DNA of 64,000 nt from Monocercomonoides exilis PA203. Taxonomy: Eukaryota; Protista; Preaxostyla. This document shows, in pieces, positions 11,701 through 23,119 of this stretch (within the stretch, counting starts at the first letter, position 1; each line of letters starts with the position of its first letter). The DNA lies in the NCBI GenBank assembly GCA_001643675.2, contig LSRY02000001.1:1612001-1676000 (forward strand). Reading direction: 5' to 3'. Both the position numbers and the translations under genes were made by a program. The notes beneath the pieces were generated by a model, which did no database searches, had not been told where the DNA came from, and worked only from the letters and a program-made list of their open reading frames with translations.

Positions 11701-14447
11701 GAGATAAAAATGAAATAAAAATGAATTCAAAAGGAAAAGATGTGCATACTTCAACAAAAACAGAAAATATTCCAGCAAAAACGATTTCTTCTTCTTCTTC
11801 TTCCTCCTCCTCTTCTTCTTCTTTATCTTCTTCCTCTTCTCACTCACTTTCACCAGATGTTCTTGCCATTGCATATCAATCCTGCCTCTCTTCACCAACA
11901 ACATCCACACATTCATCTCCGTCCTCTCCTTCTCCATCAAACACTCCATCTTTTCTTTCTCCTCAATCATCATCATCATCATCTTCTTCTTCATTAACAA
12001 CTTCAAATTCTTCTTCTTCCTCCTCCTCTTCTTCTTCTTCCTCTTCTCCAACAGAAGAATCGTCTTCTTCTCTTCCTCCGTCCACTTCAACCTCAAAACT
12101 CACATCATCTCAAGCACAACCTCTTTGCCCTGCTCTTCCTCTGCCTCTTCCTCTGCCTCTTTCACATTCTTCTTCTTCTTCTTCTTCTTCTTCTTCTTCT
12201 TCCTCCTCCTCCTCCTCCTCCTCCTCCTCCTCTTCCTCTTCCTCTTCCTCTTCCTCTTCCTCTTCCTCTTCCTCTTCCTCTTCCTCTTCCTCTTCCTCTT
12301 CCTCTTCCTCTTCCTCTTCTTCACTTCCCATGAATCACATCAATTCATTACCCCAATCACAATCACAATCACCACCACCGCAACTCTCTAATATTTCTCT
12401 TTCTCCTCCTCCTCCTCCTTCTTCTTCTTCTTCTTCTTCTCTTCCTCTTCCTTCTCTTCCTCCTCCTCATCCTCTCCCTCTCTCTCTTCCTCATTCTCTT
12501 TCTCCCACCTCTCTTCCAGTCATTCCGGACCTCTCCTCCATTTGGATGGCCAAAAGCTCCTATCAAATGCTCTCTGTCCGCTCTTCCCGCATCTTCTCTT
12601 CTTCTCCTTTCACTCAATGCACAAACACCGCATATTCTGCTAATTCTGCTAATTCTTCTTCCTCTTCCTCTTCCTCCTCTTCCTCTTCCTCCTCTTCCTC
12701 TTTTTTTTCTTCCTCCTCCTCTTCTTCCTCTTCCTCCTCCTCCTCCTCCTCCTCATCTTCCAATTCAGCCAATCATATCAAACACATTAATCACCCAAAC
12801 TTCTCCAATAACCCTAATATTTCCTCCAATTCCAATAATTCCATTGATTCCATCAATAACCCCAATAGCTTATATAAATCCAGCAACCTCAATAATTCCA
12901 TCAATTCTTCCAATAACCCCGATAACCCCAACAACCACCACCACCACCGTCTCCTCTCCGTCATCTCCAAGGAATACGACGATGTGCGGCAAGACCAGCT
13001 GGTTGTGCAGCTGATTGCCCTCATCGCCCGCATCTGCTCATCAGCTGGTGTGCCCGCCTGGTTCTGCCCGTATGGCGTGGTTGTCACAGGGGCAGACTCA
13101 GGATTGGTGGAGACAATTGCTGACTCTCTTTCCATACACTTCATCAAAGCGAAGTTTCCAGGCGCTGCTACACTGTATCAGTACTTCTGTGCAGCTTATG
13201 GGCCTCCGTATTTTGAGTGCAGTGCGTTTTTGGGGTTTGGAGTGAGTCAACAACAGAAAGAAGAACAGCATAAAGAACAAGAAAAAGAAAAAGAAGAACA
13301 AAAGAAGGGAGAAAAAGGAGGAGAAAAAGAGAATTCTGGATTACAGGCCATGGATGGACAAGCTGTGGGTGATAGATTCAGTTTCTCATCGCTTTCTTCG
13401 AGTGATTCGAGTGATTTTGTTGGTTCATCATCATCATCTTCTTCTTCTTCTGAACATCCTTCTTCTTTGCTTTTTGAAGAGAACAAACAGAAAATTGAAA
13501 ATTCTTCTTCTTCTTCTTCTTCTTCTTCTTCTTCTCTTTCTCTTTCTCCTTCATCCACCCCTTCTCCTCCACCACACTCTTCATCACATGCATTGCTAAC
13601 AGTTGCAATGACACCTGTATCTAACCATGAAGCTACTTCTTCAATGACAAATACATCATCTGATGCTTCTTCTTCTTCTTCTTCTCTTTCTTCCTCTCTT
13701 TCTCTTTCTCCTTCTCCTTCTCATTCATCACGTGCATCTCCTTCATTAACTCGTTCTTCTTCTCTTCCTTCTTCTTCCTCTTCCTCCTCTTCCTCCTCCT
13801 CCTCCTCTTCTTCCCTTTCCTCTCTCTCCCCTTCCCCTTCTTCCTCTCCTTCTCCCTCTCCCTCCTCACCCCCCATCCACACCCAGCTTATCCCCAACCC
13901 CATCCACAAGGCAGCTGTGAATGCCTTCGCCCTCTCCTTAGCAGGCTCCTCTCTTGTCACCTACCTTCTGCAGATCAAAGACAGACACAACGGCAACATC
14001 ATGCTGGACAAAGAAGGGCATGTGATCCACATCGACTTCGGATTCATCTTGTCTCGCTCCCCTGGCAATGTTGGGTGGGAAAGGGCGCCTTTTAAGCTGA
14101 CTGCAGAGATGGTGGAGGTGCTGGGGGGAGTGAATGGAGAAGCGTATAATCTGTTTGTGAGCACACTTGTGAGTGCGTTTGCAGCCGTGAGGAGGAAAGC
14201 GGAGTGGCTGGTGGCGTTCCTGCAGATTATGGCTGAGGACTCCCAGCTCCCTTGCTTCAGGGCAACAGACGCCTCACCCACGGCGGGGGAAGACGCAATC
14301 AAGGACTTTAAGCAGCGGCTGGCGCTGGATGTGGAGGATGGGCAGCTGGAGCAGCATGTGAAGGAGCTCGTGCACGCGTCGCTGTCGAGCTGGGCGACGT
14401 CATCGTATGACTCGTATCAGAAGCTGACGAACGGGATTATCCCGTAA
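8777..14447 (+). CDS. PI4KB: Phosphatidylinositol 4-kinase type III beta-like, with very large low-complexity insertions (true start uncertain, ~8614-8777)
   Basis: N-terminal helical region (LYQLPTEDVAFFIPQL, LASRSIHIG) in small exons. Catalytic motifs LKSRERAP, KEYDDVRQDQL, SGLVETI, YLLQIKDRHNGNIMLD, HIDFGFILSRSPG, ERAPFKLT and the C-terminal YDSYQKLTNGI. Confidence 0.93.
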
Positions 14448-15262
14448 AAAAAAAAAAAAAATAAAATAAAATAAAAAAAGAAAAATGGGAATTGAGTAAA
14501 AGAATTTTTTTGTGGGTTTTGTGTTTGAAAGGATGAAAAAAATATAAAAGAGAATGGTAAATTGACAAATAAAATAAAATAAAAGAGTTTTGATTTATTT
14601 ATCCAATGGTTTTGCTGTTTGTTTGAAAGAAAATATTTGTTTTTGTTGACAATATTAGACTTTTATTTGTTATTTTTTTCTTTTCTATTTCTTTTTCTTC
14701 CATTTGGGAACTTTACATTTGCTCGTTTAGCTTTGTAAAATATGTTATTTGTGGTTAAGCAATTTTTCAAATTGAAATCAAATGTTTAAATATTTCAATG
14801 CATTTGCTTTCAAATAATAATAATAATATTTGTTGATGCGTATTTTTTTCCCAGTTTTTTGATATTCTAAAATCTGTATATTGCTAATGTGAATTGTTTT
14901 GCTTTCAACTTGAATTAAATTTATCGCTTAATATTTCACTAAAATCAATGAAAGATGAGAACAATCACATTTTCTTTTTGAATCATTGAAAAAAGAAGAT
15001 TTTATTTTAGCAATTTTCTAATTCTTTTTTCGAAAATTTCACAAAATTATTACTTAAACTCTTACTTTTTTCATCCCAATAATCAAACAACAAGTTGAGT
15101 CTCAAAAGCTAAGAAATGATATTTATTCATTAAAATACTGATCTATATTTATACCATTCCTCAAACAAAATATTTATAATTTCAAACAACTGTTGAATGA
15201 AAGAAATAGTATGGAATTAGGTAATATTAAAGAAATGAAGGCAGATTTGATCTTACCCAGTA

Positions 15263-15712
15263 CAGTCAAAACCGGATATAATCACGTCGAATATAATCAC
15301 ATTCGCCTATAGTCACATTTTTCGATGCACCGACATTTTTTGCTAGTTTTTCATTCATTTTTTATCGCATATAATCACAGGGCTAAATATTTATAATCAC
15401 AATTTTTATTATTATGGGTGCTTTTTTCAATGAAAAATCGATTTTTTGATCAAAATATTCAAATTTTCGCTTTTTCAAAAATGCGCTAAAATAAGTCTGA
15501 ATAACATAATAAAACATAATAAATTGTTATTTCCATTGAAAAATGTGTATTTGTCAAGTTTTTTCAAAAATAAAAAAATCGACCCAAAATTAATTAATTA
15601 ATTAATTAATTTTTATTTTTTTCTGTGTAAAGCAGCATCGTGTATTATCACAATCGGATATAGTCACAAAAAGTTGTGCAAAAACCGATGTGATTATATC
15701 CGGTTTAGACTG
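15263..15712. mobile_element. 450-bp MITE (pogo/Tigger-like), copy 1
   Basis: TIRs CAGTCAAAACCGGATATAATCAC / GTGATTATATCCGGTTTAGACTG, TA on both sides, no ORF. Same sequence as 21768-22217. Confidence 0.95.
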
Positions 15713-16195
15713 TATTAATCTATTTTGGGGAAAAATTCAAAAATCATCTCTGTGTTAATTGCTTGGTTTCGGTTGAAGGGTTAGCGAAACAGTTCTTGGG
15801 CTTAGTATTTTGTTCCCGCTCTTCTTTTCAGGGTTTGCGCTCAGAAAGACTAATTCATTTTTTGATCAATTTTCATGGTTTGGGTTTTGTAAAATGTTTG
15901 TGTAGGAAAAGCATTGAAAAGAAGAACTGAAACGAAATTATCGAATCAATACCAATTAGGTATGTCAAAGACTATTTCATGATACATAAAACCAAAAAGT
16001 CTTGCTCAAAACCGTTTTGATTAAGTCAAGAGCAATTGATTTAATTCTGGAAAGTGTTCATATTTTATCTTGAACTCAAAATTTTATCTCAACCTTTTTT
16101 TGTAACTTTCTGAAGTTTTTTTCGAGCTTAACAAAGGTTTGAAACAAAAAATAAATGAATAAACAATTTGATCTTAATTTTTTTCAACTTTCTGT

Positions 16196-18641
16196 GGCAT
16201 AGGTCTAAATTGTACCAGTAGCGAATTTGACGTTTTTTAATTTTATTTCACTGTAATATTAATAACCGTAATTAATTAACTCTATTTTATCGAGAAAATC
16301 TATGAAATTTGACTTTGAAAAACAATAATAAAAATTAATGATCGGACCCATAAAATATTTATATATTTTTCATTTTTTGTTTTATGTACTTATTCGCTCT
16401 ATATTTTGATTATAAAATTTTGCAATTGTCTTGTTTTTCTGTTTTTGCATGACTTCTAATCAAAAAGAATGGACTTGTTTATGTTTTGTTTTCTTTTTTT
16501 TATATAAACATTCTGCGCATTTTGAAAATAATGCATAGAATAAAAATTTATTATAAAAACAGTTTGAATAACATTGCCATTTAATTGAGAAAATTTCATA
16601 CACAAACCTTCTTTGTTCTCCATCTTGCAATGTGGATGTTCCAGTGCAAAATTTGCTTGAATCTGTTTCTAACTCAACCTTGATCCCACCACCACTACCA
16701 TTCTTGCTCTCACAATCCTCGATTGTCACATTCTGAACAACAAATGTCTCCCCTTCTGCCACACTCTTTGCCTCAACCACCCCATCTCTTTCAGTCAACC
16801 TCACATTCTCACCGTCAAGTTCGCCAGTACGCTCTCTCCTGATGCTGTGGCTGTCAGATACAGTGCAGATGACGACAATGACGACAATGAAGAAGAAGAG
16901 AGATCCGGCTCAGAGAACAATGGTTTTGAGACATTCATATTTATGATCTCCACATCGGTCATCAACAGCTGTGACAGCGCCACCACAAACACTGACGACA
17001 ACATCACATAGTCTCCTGAAGAAACACTCGTGGTGATCACAACATCCTCCAATGAGAGTAACCCACCTCCATCAGACACCACAACCACACTCGACGAAGA
17101 AGGATTTGCATTTGAGTTGCAGTCAACCTTCATGTGCAATAAACCAAGATGACCTGTTGTCACACTGAACAACGTTCCTACTGCTGATGATAACGAAGAA
17201 AGTGCTCCTGTTCCAATCGAACATGTTTCCTTTCCTTTCCCAATAACTGAAATCTTCTTTTCTCCAATCTCAATCGTTGTTGCCTCGCTTATGTGATTCC
17301 CTTCGATCAGAGTGATTGTCAAGCTAATCTGCACCTCACACATCTCAAGCGCATTCTTCACTGTCAGACACGGATTTGATTCATTTGCCCCACACAGCTC
17401 ATTCAGGTCATTCCCGCTCACTGACACGTATACTGTCTTGTCCTTCAACCAATCCTTCTTTTCTGTGTGTTGAAATAGCCAGCTTCTTCCTGTGTAATTA
17501 TATCCATAACATACTCTCCTATCATCAGCATTTGTAGAATAGCACTCGTAGAACGGATTCCCTGACTCTTAATAAAGACTGTAATGATCTGTATATGCAA
17601 TGTCATGCCCGTATGGTGGATTGGCCAAGCATTTGCATTCATAGAAGAAAAGAAAACAGCAATAAATAATATCATTTTGCGATGTTTGTCTATTTGGGTG
17701 CAATCTCAAACCTCCTCCATGTGATGCCGCTGAACATGAAATGAACTGGATGCTCCTTATTTTCAATGTAGCTGGAATAAATGAGCAATTCATTCCTCCA
17801 CCATAATTTCTTGTTAGTGAGTAAGAAGTAAATGAGCATTCAAACACACAAGCACTCTCCCCTTTCCCACTTTCTGCTCCGATACATCCAGAACGAGAAA
17901 CCTGAAAAGAATTAAGATAAAGCCCTCCTCCTATTCTATCTGCTTTGTATTTTAAAAATTCTCAACCACTGATCCTGACACACTCCTGAACCGGATGAGC
18001 CATAATTTCTCCTCCTTCATCTTTTTCGGCAACATATCCATTGCACGAATTATTCTCAGCCTTGACTGAACTGATCGAATAGCAAAAAATTCCTCCACCA
18101 TCACAATGCGCATGGCAATAATAAAACGGACAAAATTTCACGGAAAGTGTTCCCGATCCAAGGTTATATATGAAAATCGCTCCATCAATTGAAGATCTCT
18201 GTGAGTAATAAGTTTTTGATCCAATTGTTTTTGATCCAATCCTCTAATGCCAAAATAAAGTATTCAATTCAATGGATGTTTAGCTTCATGACAAAAATTC
18301 TATTTCATCAAGCAAGAATCATATTTCGAATAGATTTTGATTACGAAAAATATTACACATATAAAAATAAATAAATAAAAGATATACAAAGAATTATATT
18401 TTTGACAATCATTATCTTTGCTGACAACAACTAAATTTCTTTGTTTCACTCCAAAAACAAAAAATGAAAAATATATAAATATTTTATGGGTCCGATCATT
18501 AATTTTTATTATTGTTTTTCAAAGTCAAATTTCATAGATTTTCTCGATAAAATAGAGTTAATAAATTACGGTTATTAATATTACAGTGAAATAAAATTAA
18601 AAAACGTCAAATTCGCTACTGGTACAATTTAGACCTATGCC
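16196..18641. mobile_element. Non-autonomous long-TIR DNA transposon carrying a host-gene fragment (Pack-type; Merlin- or Mutator-like)
   Basis: 188-bp TIRs at 16196-16383 and 18454-18641 (start GGCATAGGTCTAAATTGTACC, one mismatch seen). 8-bp direct repeat CTTTCTGT at 16188-16195 and 18642-18649. No transposase inside. Confidence 0.92.
16610..18190 (-). pseudogene. Frameshifted fragment of the large GG(A/G)I-repeat surface/receptor protein family (cargo of the TIR element)
   Basis: Overlapping short ORFs with DGAIFIY, GGGIFC, YGGGMNC, HGGGLRL, VYVSVSGNDLNELCGANESNPCLTV and IEDCESKNGSGGGIKV. These parallel RFVNSNGTTDDICGYRKNYPCKSI and IEDCVAESGNGGGLKL in the 30854 ORF. Confidence 0.85.
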
Positions 18642-19017
18642 CTTTCTGTTATTTAATATTTTGAAAAATTTTTGTTCATAAATCTTGTTATTATTTTTTT
18701 ATTTTAGAACCCAGATCAAAGACTTGATGGTTGTCCTGCAAATATTTTGTTCAGAGCGTTTAAAGCCATGGCATCACAAATTTCACTCCTACAATATTAT
18801 TTTAACTTGTATTTAACTTTTACAATTTAATTTTTGACCTTTTTTTCGAATTTTACTGTTTTTGAATAAAACACTATTTTCGGAATAAATATGAATTTGT
18901 GTCAAATTTTATTCAAAAGAAAAAAAAAATGCAAGATCTTATATATTGTTTATTTTTGTTCAATTCTGAAATGATAAAGAATTGAACATGAATTTGAAAA
19001 GAAATGGAAGAACATAT

Positions 19018-19491
19018 GGGGCTAAATATTTAGCTTCAGGCATTTTCATAGATAAATTATGCACTTTTTCTTGACTTTTTGAGTCCAAAAAACACAATAA
19101 AAATGGATTTATTTTATTAATTACGTTTGAGGTCACAAAACATAATGTTATTATAACATTTTCGTTTGAATACGAATTTGATAATCCAATTTATTTTGAA
19201 ATCTGAGAAAGCGAAATAAAGTTATGAGTGAAACAATTTTTTCAAGCTTTTTATGCACAAAGCATGAAAAAATTGTTTCACTCATAACTTTATTTCGCTT
19301 TCTCAGATTTCAAAATAAATTGGATTATCAAATTCGTATTCAAACGAAAATGTTATAATAACATTATGTTTTGTGACCTCAAACGTAATTAATAAAATAA
19401 ATCCATTTTTATTGTGTTTTTTGGACTCAAAAAGTCAAGAAAAAGTGCATAATTTATCTATGAAAATGCCTGAAGTCAAATATTTTGTCCC
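19018..19491. mobile_element. Palindromic foldback/MITE element (~233-bp arms, ~8-nt loop)
   Basis: 19018-~19250 is the near-perfect reverse complement of ~19259-19491. Ends are GGG...CCC, flanked by ATAT on both sides (or TA|TGGG...CCCA|TA). Confidence 0.9.
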
Positions 19492-20199
19492 ATATGAAAA
19501 ATTTGATATGAAAACTGTTCGTCATATTTAAATGTTTAGGTGTTTTTTCTTTGACATATCATTTTATCACAAATTTCTTTTTTATTTCATTTCAAATAAT
19601 TTATAAAACAACAGTTCATTGAAATTTTGGAAATCATGTTTTTTTGAAAAATGTGTGAAATGAGAAAAAATGTTATCAAAACAAGTTGAGAAAGTTCAAT
19701 ACAACTTTATCAAATAAAAAGGAAACGATGTTTTACGATACGAATGCTTAGAACTTCTGATAAAAAAATATTCGCTGGAAAAGCATCAAGTCTATGATCA
19801 AAACATAAAATATTAATTATCCTCAATCTTTGAAAAAAACATGAAATCTTTGGAAAAAAGTTAGAATAAGGAAATTAATATATCACGAACATTTTTTTTT
19901 TAAACAAGCTTGTGTAAAGCAAAAAGCATGACAAAAAAGAAAAAGGTCTTGAAAAAAAAGGGCAAGAAAAAATCATTAACCTGTACGATCACATGAAAAT
20001 CACAAATATTAAGAGTTCTATTTTTGTCAATTTTTTATCAAAACATAAATTTAATGATATTATAATTAAAATAAAAACAATCTCCATAGAAAAAAAGCAA
20101 GTTTCATTGTTTTAACTTCTTCAAAATCCTTCATATTTCAATTTTTATCTGAAAAAAATATAATTTCGTAAAGCCATTCTGCTCTTTTGATTTTTTGTC

Positions 20200-20445
20200 A
20201 ATTGTCAAAATTTTTTTGAAAAGTTCCTTTTGTTTTATTTTCCAATAAAGAAAAATTTCATATTTCGATCAAATTTCTGTTCCCACTCACCAAATTTCGC
20301 TGCCATGAAAATAAAATCTTCACAACGTTTTTATTTCCATTCTTGAAAATTTTCGTGAGTGGGAACAGAAATTTGATCAAAATATGAAATTTTTCTTTAT
20401 TTGAAAATTAAACAAAAGGAACTTTTCAAAAAAATTTTGACAATT
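20200..20445. repeat. Inverted repeat (~91-bp arms, partly self-complementary spacer), probable small foldback element
   Basis: 20200-20290 (AATTGTCAAAA...TTCCCACTCAC) is the reverse complement of 20355-20445 (GTGAGTGGGAA...TTTTGACAATT), with a few mismatches. Confidence 0.8.
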
Positions 20446-21289
20446 AAAAAAATTTTTGAAGCGAAAAAAATTTCATGATCATGTTAGAATCAAAAAAAAA
20501 TATTCATTATTGAAAAGAAAAGAAAAAAACGACAATGGCATCAAAATAGTTTTTAATGACAATAACATAGCTTTAAACAAACATTTTGGATGAAAAAATG
20601 AATTAACATTACTTATGTTGTTTGTTACACAAAAAAAAAAAGTTCAAAGAAAATAATAGTCTAACGAAAAACATGTTCTCAAAATAAAATTGAAATAAAA
20701 GAAAGGAAATATTAACATTTCCAAATTTCAAAATACTAAAAAACGAATGTTTGAATATTAAAAGCCTATCCTCGAACGTGCAACAAATAAAAAAGTCAGA
20801 AACAAAACTATCGAAATATTGTTCATGATCATTAAAAAAAACTTAACTCGAAACTATTTGTTACACATTAATGATACACATATAAAAAAGTTTATAAAAA
20901 CAAGCTGCTCTGTTGCAGAAAAAACAAATAACTTCAAAGAATTTTAATCAAAATTGATACAAAAATATTATTTTTTTGATCACAAGTGAGATGGAGTGAA
21001 AAACGAATTGATTGAGTCAAAATCATTTTATTAAAGAAAAGACGTTTTGACTTGATCAATTCGAATTGAGCGGGTATATTCGTTTAAGGTCTATTGACAT
21101 TCAATATAAAGTTGGTTGATAACACGGTAAAAAGGAGACAACCAGAGAAATATTTTTATGATCACAACCTTAATGTATTGTTATGAAAAAACAATAAGAG
21201 AAATTTAACCTTCGCAGATTTATATCTTTTCTTTCTTCGTCTGAATATAGAAAGAATTTAACAAGGAAGATAAGAATCCTGAAAATAAT

Positions 21290-22950
21290 TGAAAAAGAAG
21301 GTTTCAGAACATCAGATGTATTCAAGGCAGGATTGATTTCGAAGAGTGCATTCTACAGAGCTGTCAAGGCGAAAACAAAACATTGAGACGTCGTATTAAA
21401 TGGAAGACCTTGTAAAATCAGAAAAAAGTGTCGCGATGGAATATCAATGCAAATAAAAAAAGATTTTCACCGTCTCAAAGGAAAAACTGCAAAGCAATGT
21501 TCAAATGCAGTTTAAATTGTTTTAACAATTATTTAATTTTTTTTTTTAATAAATATGAAAATTTCATTTCTTCTTCAAAAAAGAACGAAAGCGTTAATAA
21601 AATGGCTGTGAATAAAAAGTGGGGTTATTCTTTTATTTCCAAAATAAAAGGATCTTCATTAAAAAAGCCTGCAAAACTTCCAATAAACAGAATCGAACAC
21701 TCAACAAGGCTCATTTTGCTTCCTTTTTTTGAAGATTAGGAAGAATTATATAAGAAGAAAAAATATACAGTCAAAACCGGATATAATCACGTCGAATATA
21801 ATCACATTCGCCTATAGTCACATTTTTCGATGCACCGACATTTTTTGCTAGTTTTTCATTCATTTTTTATCGCATATAATCACAGGGCTAAATATTTATA
21901 ATCACAATTTTTATTATTATGGGTGCTTTTTTCAATGAAAAATCGATTTTTTGATCAAAATATTCAAATTTTCGCTTTTTCAAAAATGCGCTAAAATAAG
22001 TCTGAATAACATAATAAAACATAATAAATTGTTATTTCCATTGAAAAATGTGTATTTGTCAAGTTTTTTCAAAAATAAAAAAATCGACCCAAAATTAATT
22101 AATTAATTAATTAATTTTTATTTTTTTCTGTGTAAAGCAGCATCGTGTATTATCACAATCGGATATAGTCACAAAAAGTTGTGCAAAAACCGATGTGATT
22201 ATATCCGGTTTAGACTGTATTCCACAATTAATATTTAATTTTGATGAAACTATCATTAAAAGAAACACAACAGAATCAACGAAGATTATTTCTCTGCCTG
22301 ATTGCCCAAGCCTAATTTCTCAAGAAGAACCACTTCGTTCATCTATTTCCTTGCTTTTGCTTATTTCTGCTGACGTGGAACATTGTTTGACATCTGTAAT
22401 CAGTCATTTATCGTTTCTTCCTCGGGAATGCGCACAGGCAAACTCCGACAACTTTGTTTTTACTGCTCCCACAAAGAAATAAATGAATTCTTCATTATTT
22501 TTTGAACTGTTCAAATTTGTTGTTGTTGATTCAATTGATAGAAGAAGAAAACTGATGAGATTATCAAACTTTCCTGCATGCCTGCATATGGATGGTGCAA
22601 CAACACACACGAACAAAGATGTTTTGGAACTGGCAAAGGAATAAAGGATCGATATTGTATTTCCTCCTTCGCACACCTCGCACATCGTCCAGCCATCAGA
22701 TAAATATTTCAATGCAAAAATTAAAACAATTATTTACACTTTTGATACAGACTTTGAACGAAGAAATGCCTCATCAAACAGATCCAATTTCGTCAAAAAA
22801 CTTAAAGAAGCATTATCAGAAGCGTGAAAGCTTTCGACAATCATCACATCTTTCAGGGATTCTGGCATTTGTCCCTGAAATCAAGAAATTGTATTGAAAA
22901 ACATCAGTGAAACATCTCCTATTGAAGATAGCGAAGCTTCCAGCAACAAA
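21290..22950 (+). pseudogene. Decayed pogo/Fot-like DD35D transposase interrupted by a MITE
   Basis: HTH-like ISKSAFYRAVK..NGRP, CENP-B-like KKWGYSFISK, IFNFDET (D1), HMDGATTH (D2) and PPSHTSHIVQPSD (D3, 35-residue spacing). Multiple in-frame stops. Boundaries approximate. Confidence 0.85.
21768..22217. mobile_element. 450-bp MITE (pogo/Tigger-like), copy 2
   Basis: Same TIRs, length and interior as copy 1. TA duplication at 21766-21767 and 22218-22219. Confidence 0.95.
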
Positions 22951-23057
22951 ATCCACTTGGTTGATCACTCAAAGTGCAGAATTTTCACTTTCGATTAATT
23001 TTATTTTTTTATTCACACAGAACATTTCATTATATCTTTTTCAATAACTGTTTTCTG

Positions 23058-23118
<61 letters not shown>
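23058..23118 (+). repeat. Poly(A) homopolymer, 61 nt
   Basis: Directly visible run. Confidence 0.9.

Positions 23119-23119
<1 letters not shown>

Noticed and set aside
15263-15400. Short spaced repeats resembling a CRISPR or iteron array
   Set aside because: The repeats are ~10 bp, irregularly spaced and inside a TIR element in eukaryotic DNA; no cas genes.
16137-18820. Pack element sitting in an intron of a small host gene (GTTTGA at 16137, TTTTAG at ~18707)
   Set aside because: The flanking putative exons are short or stop-ridden and match nothing recognisable; splice-like signals are common by chance here.
19500-20960. Possible decayed coding remnants between the foldback elements
   Set aside because: Purine-rich but heavily interrupted; no motif allows assignment.
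23058-23118. Poly(A) as a retroposon tail
   Set aside because: No TSD or retroelement body seen; similar A runs occur at 53461-53509 and 58302-58333 in intronic/intergenic DNA.
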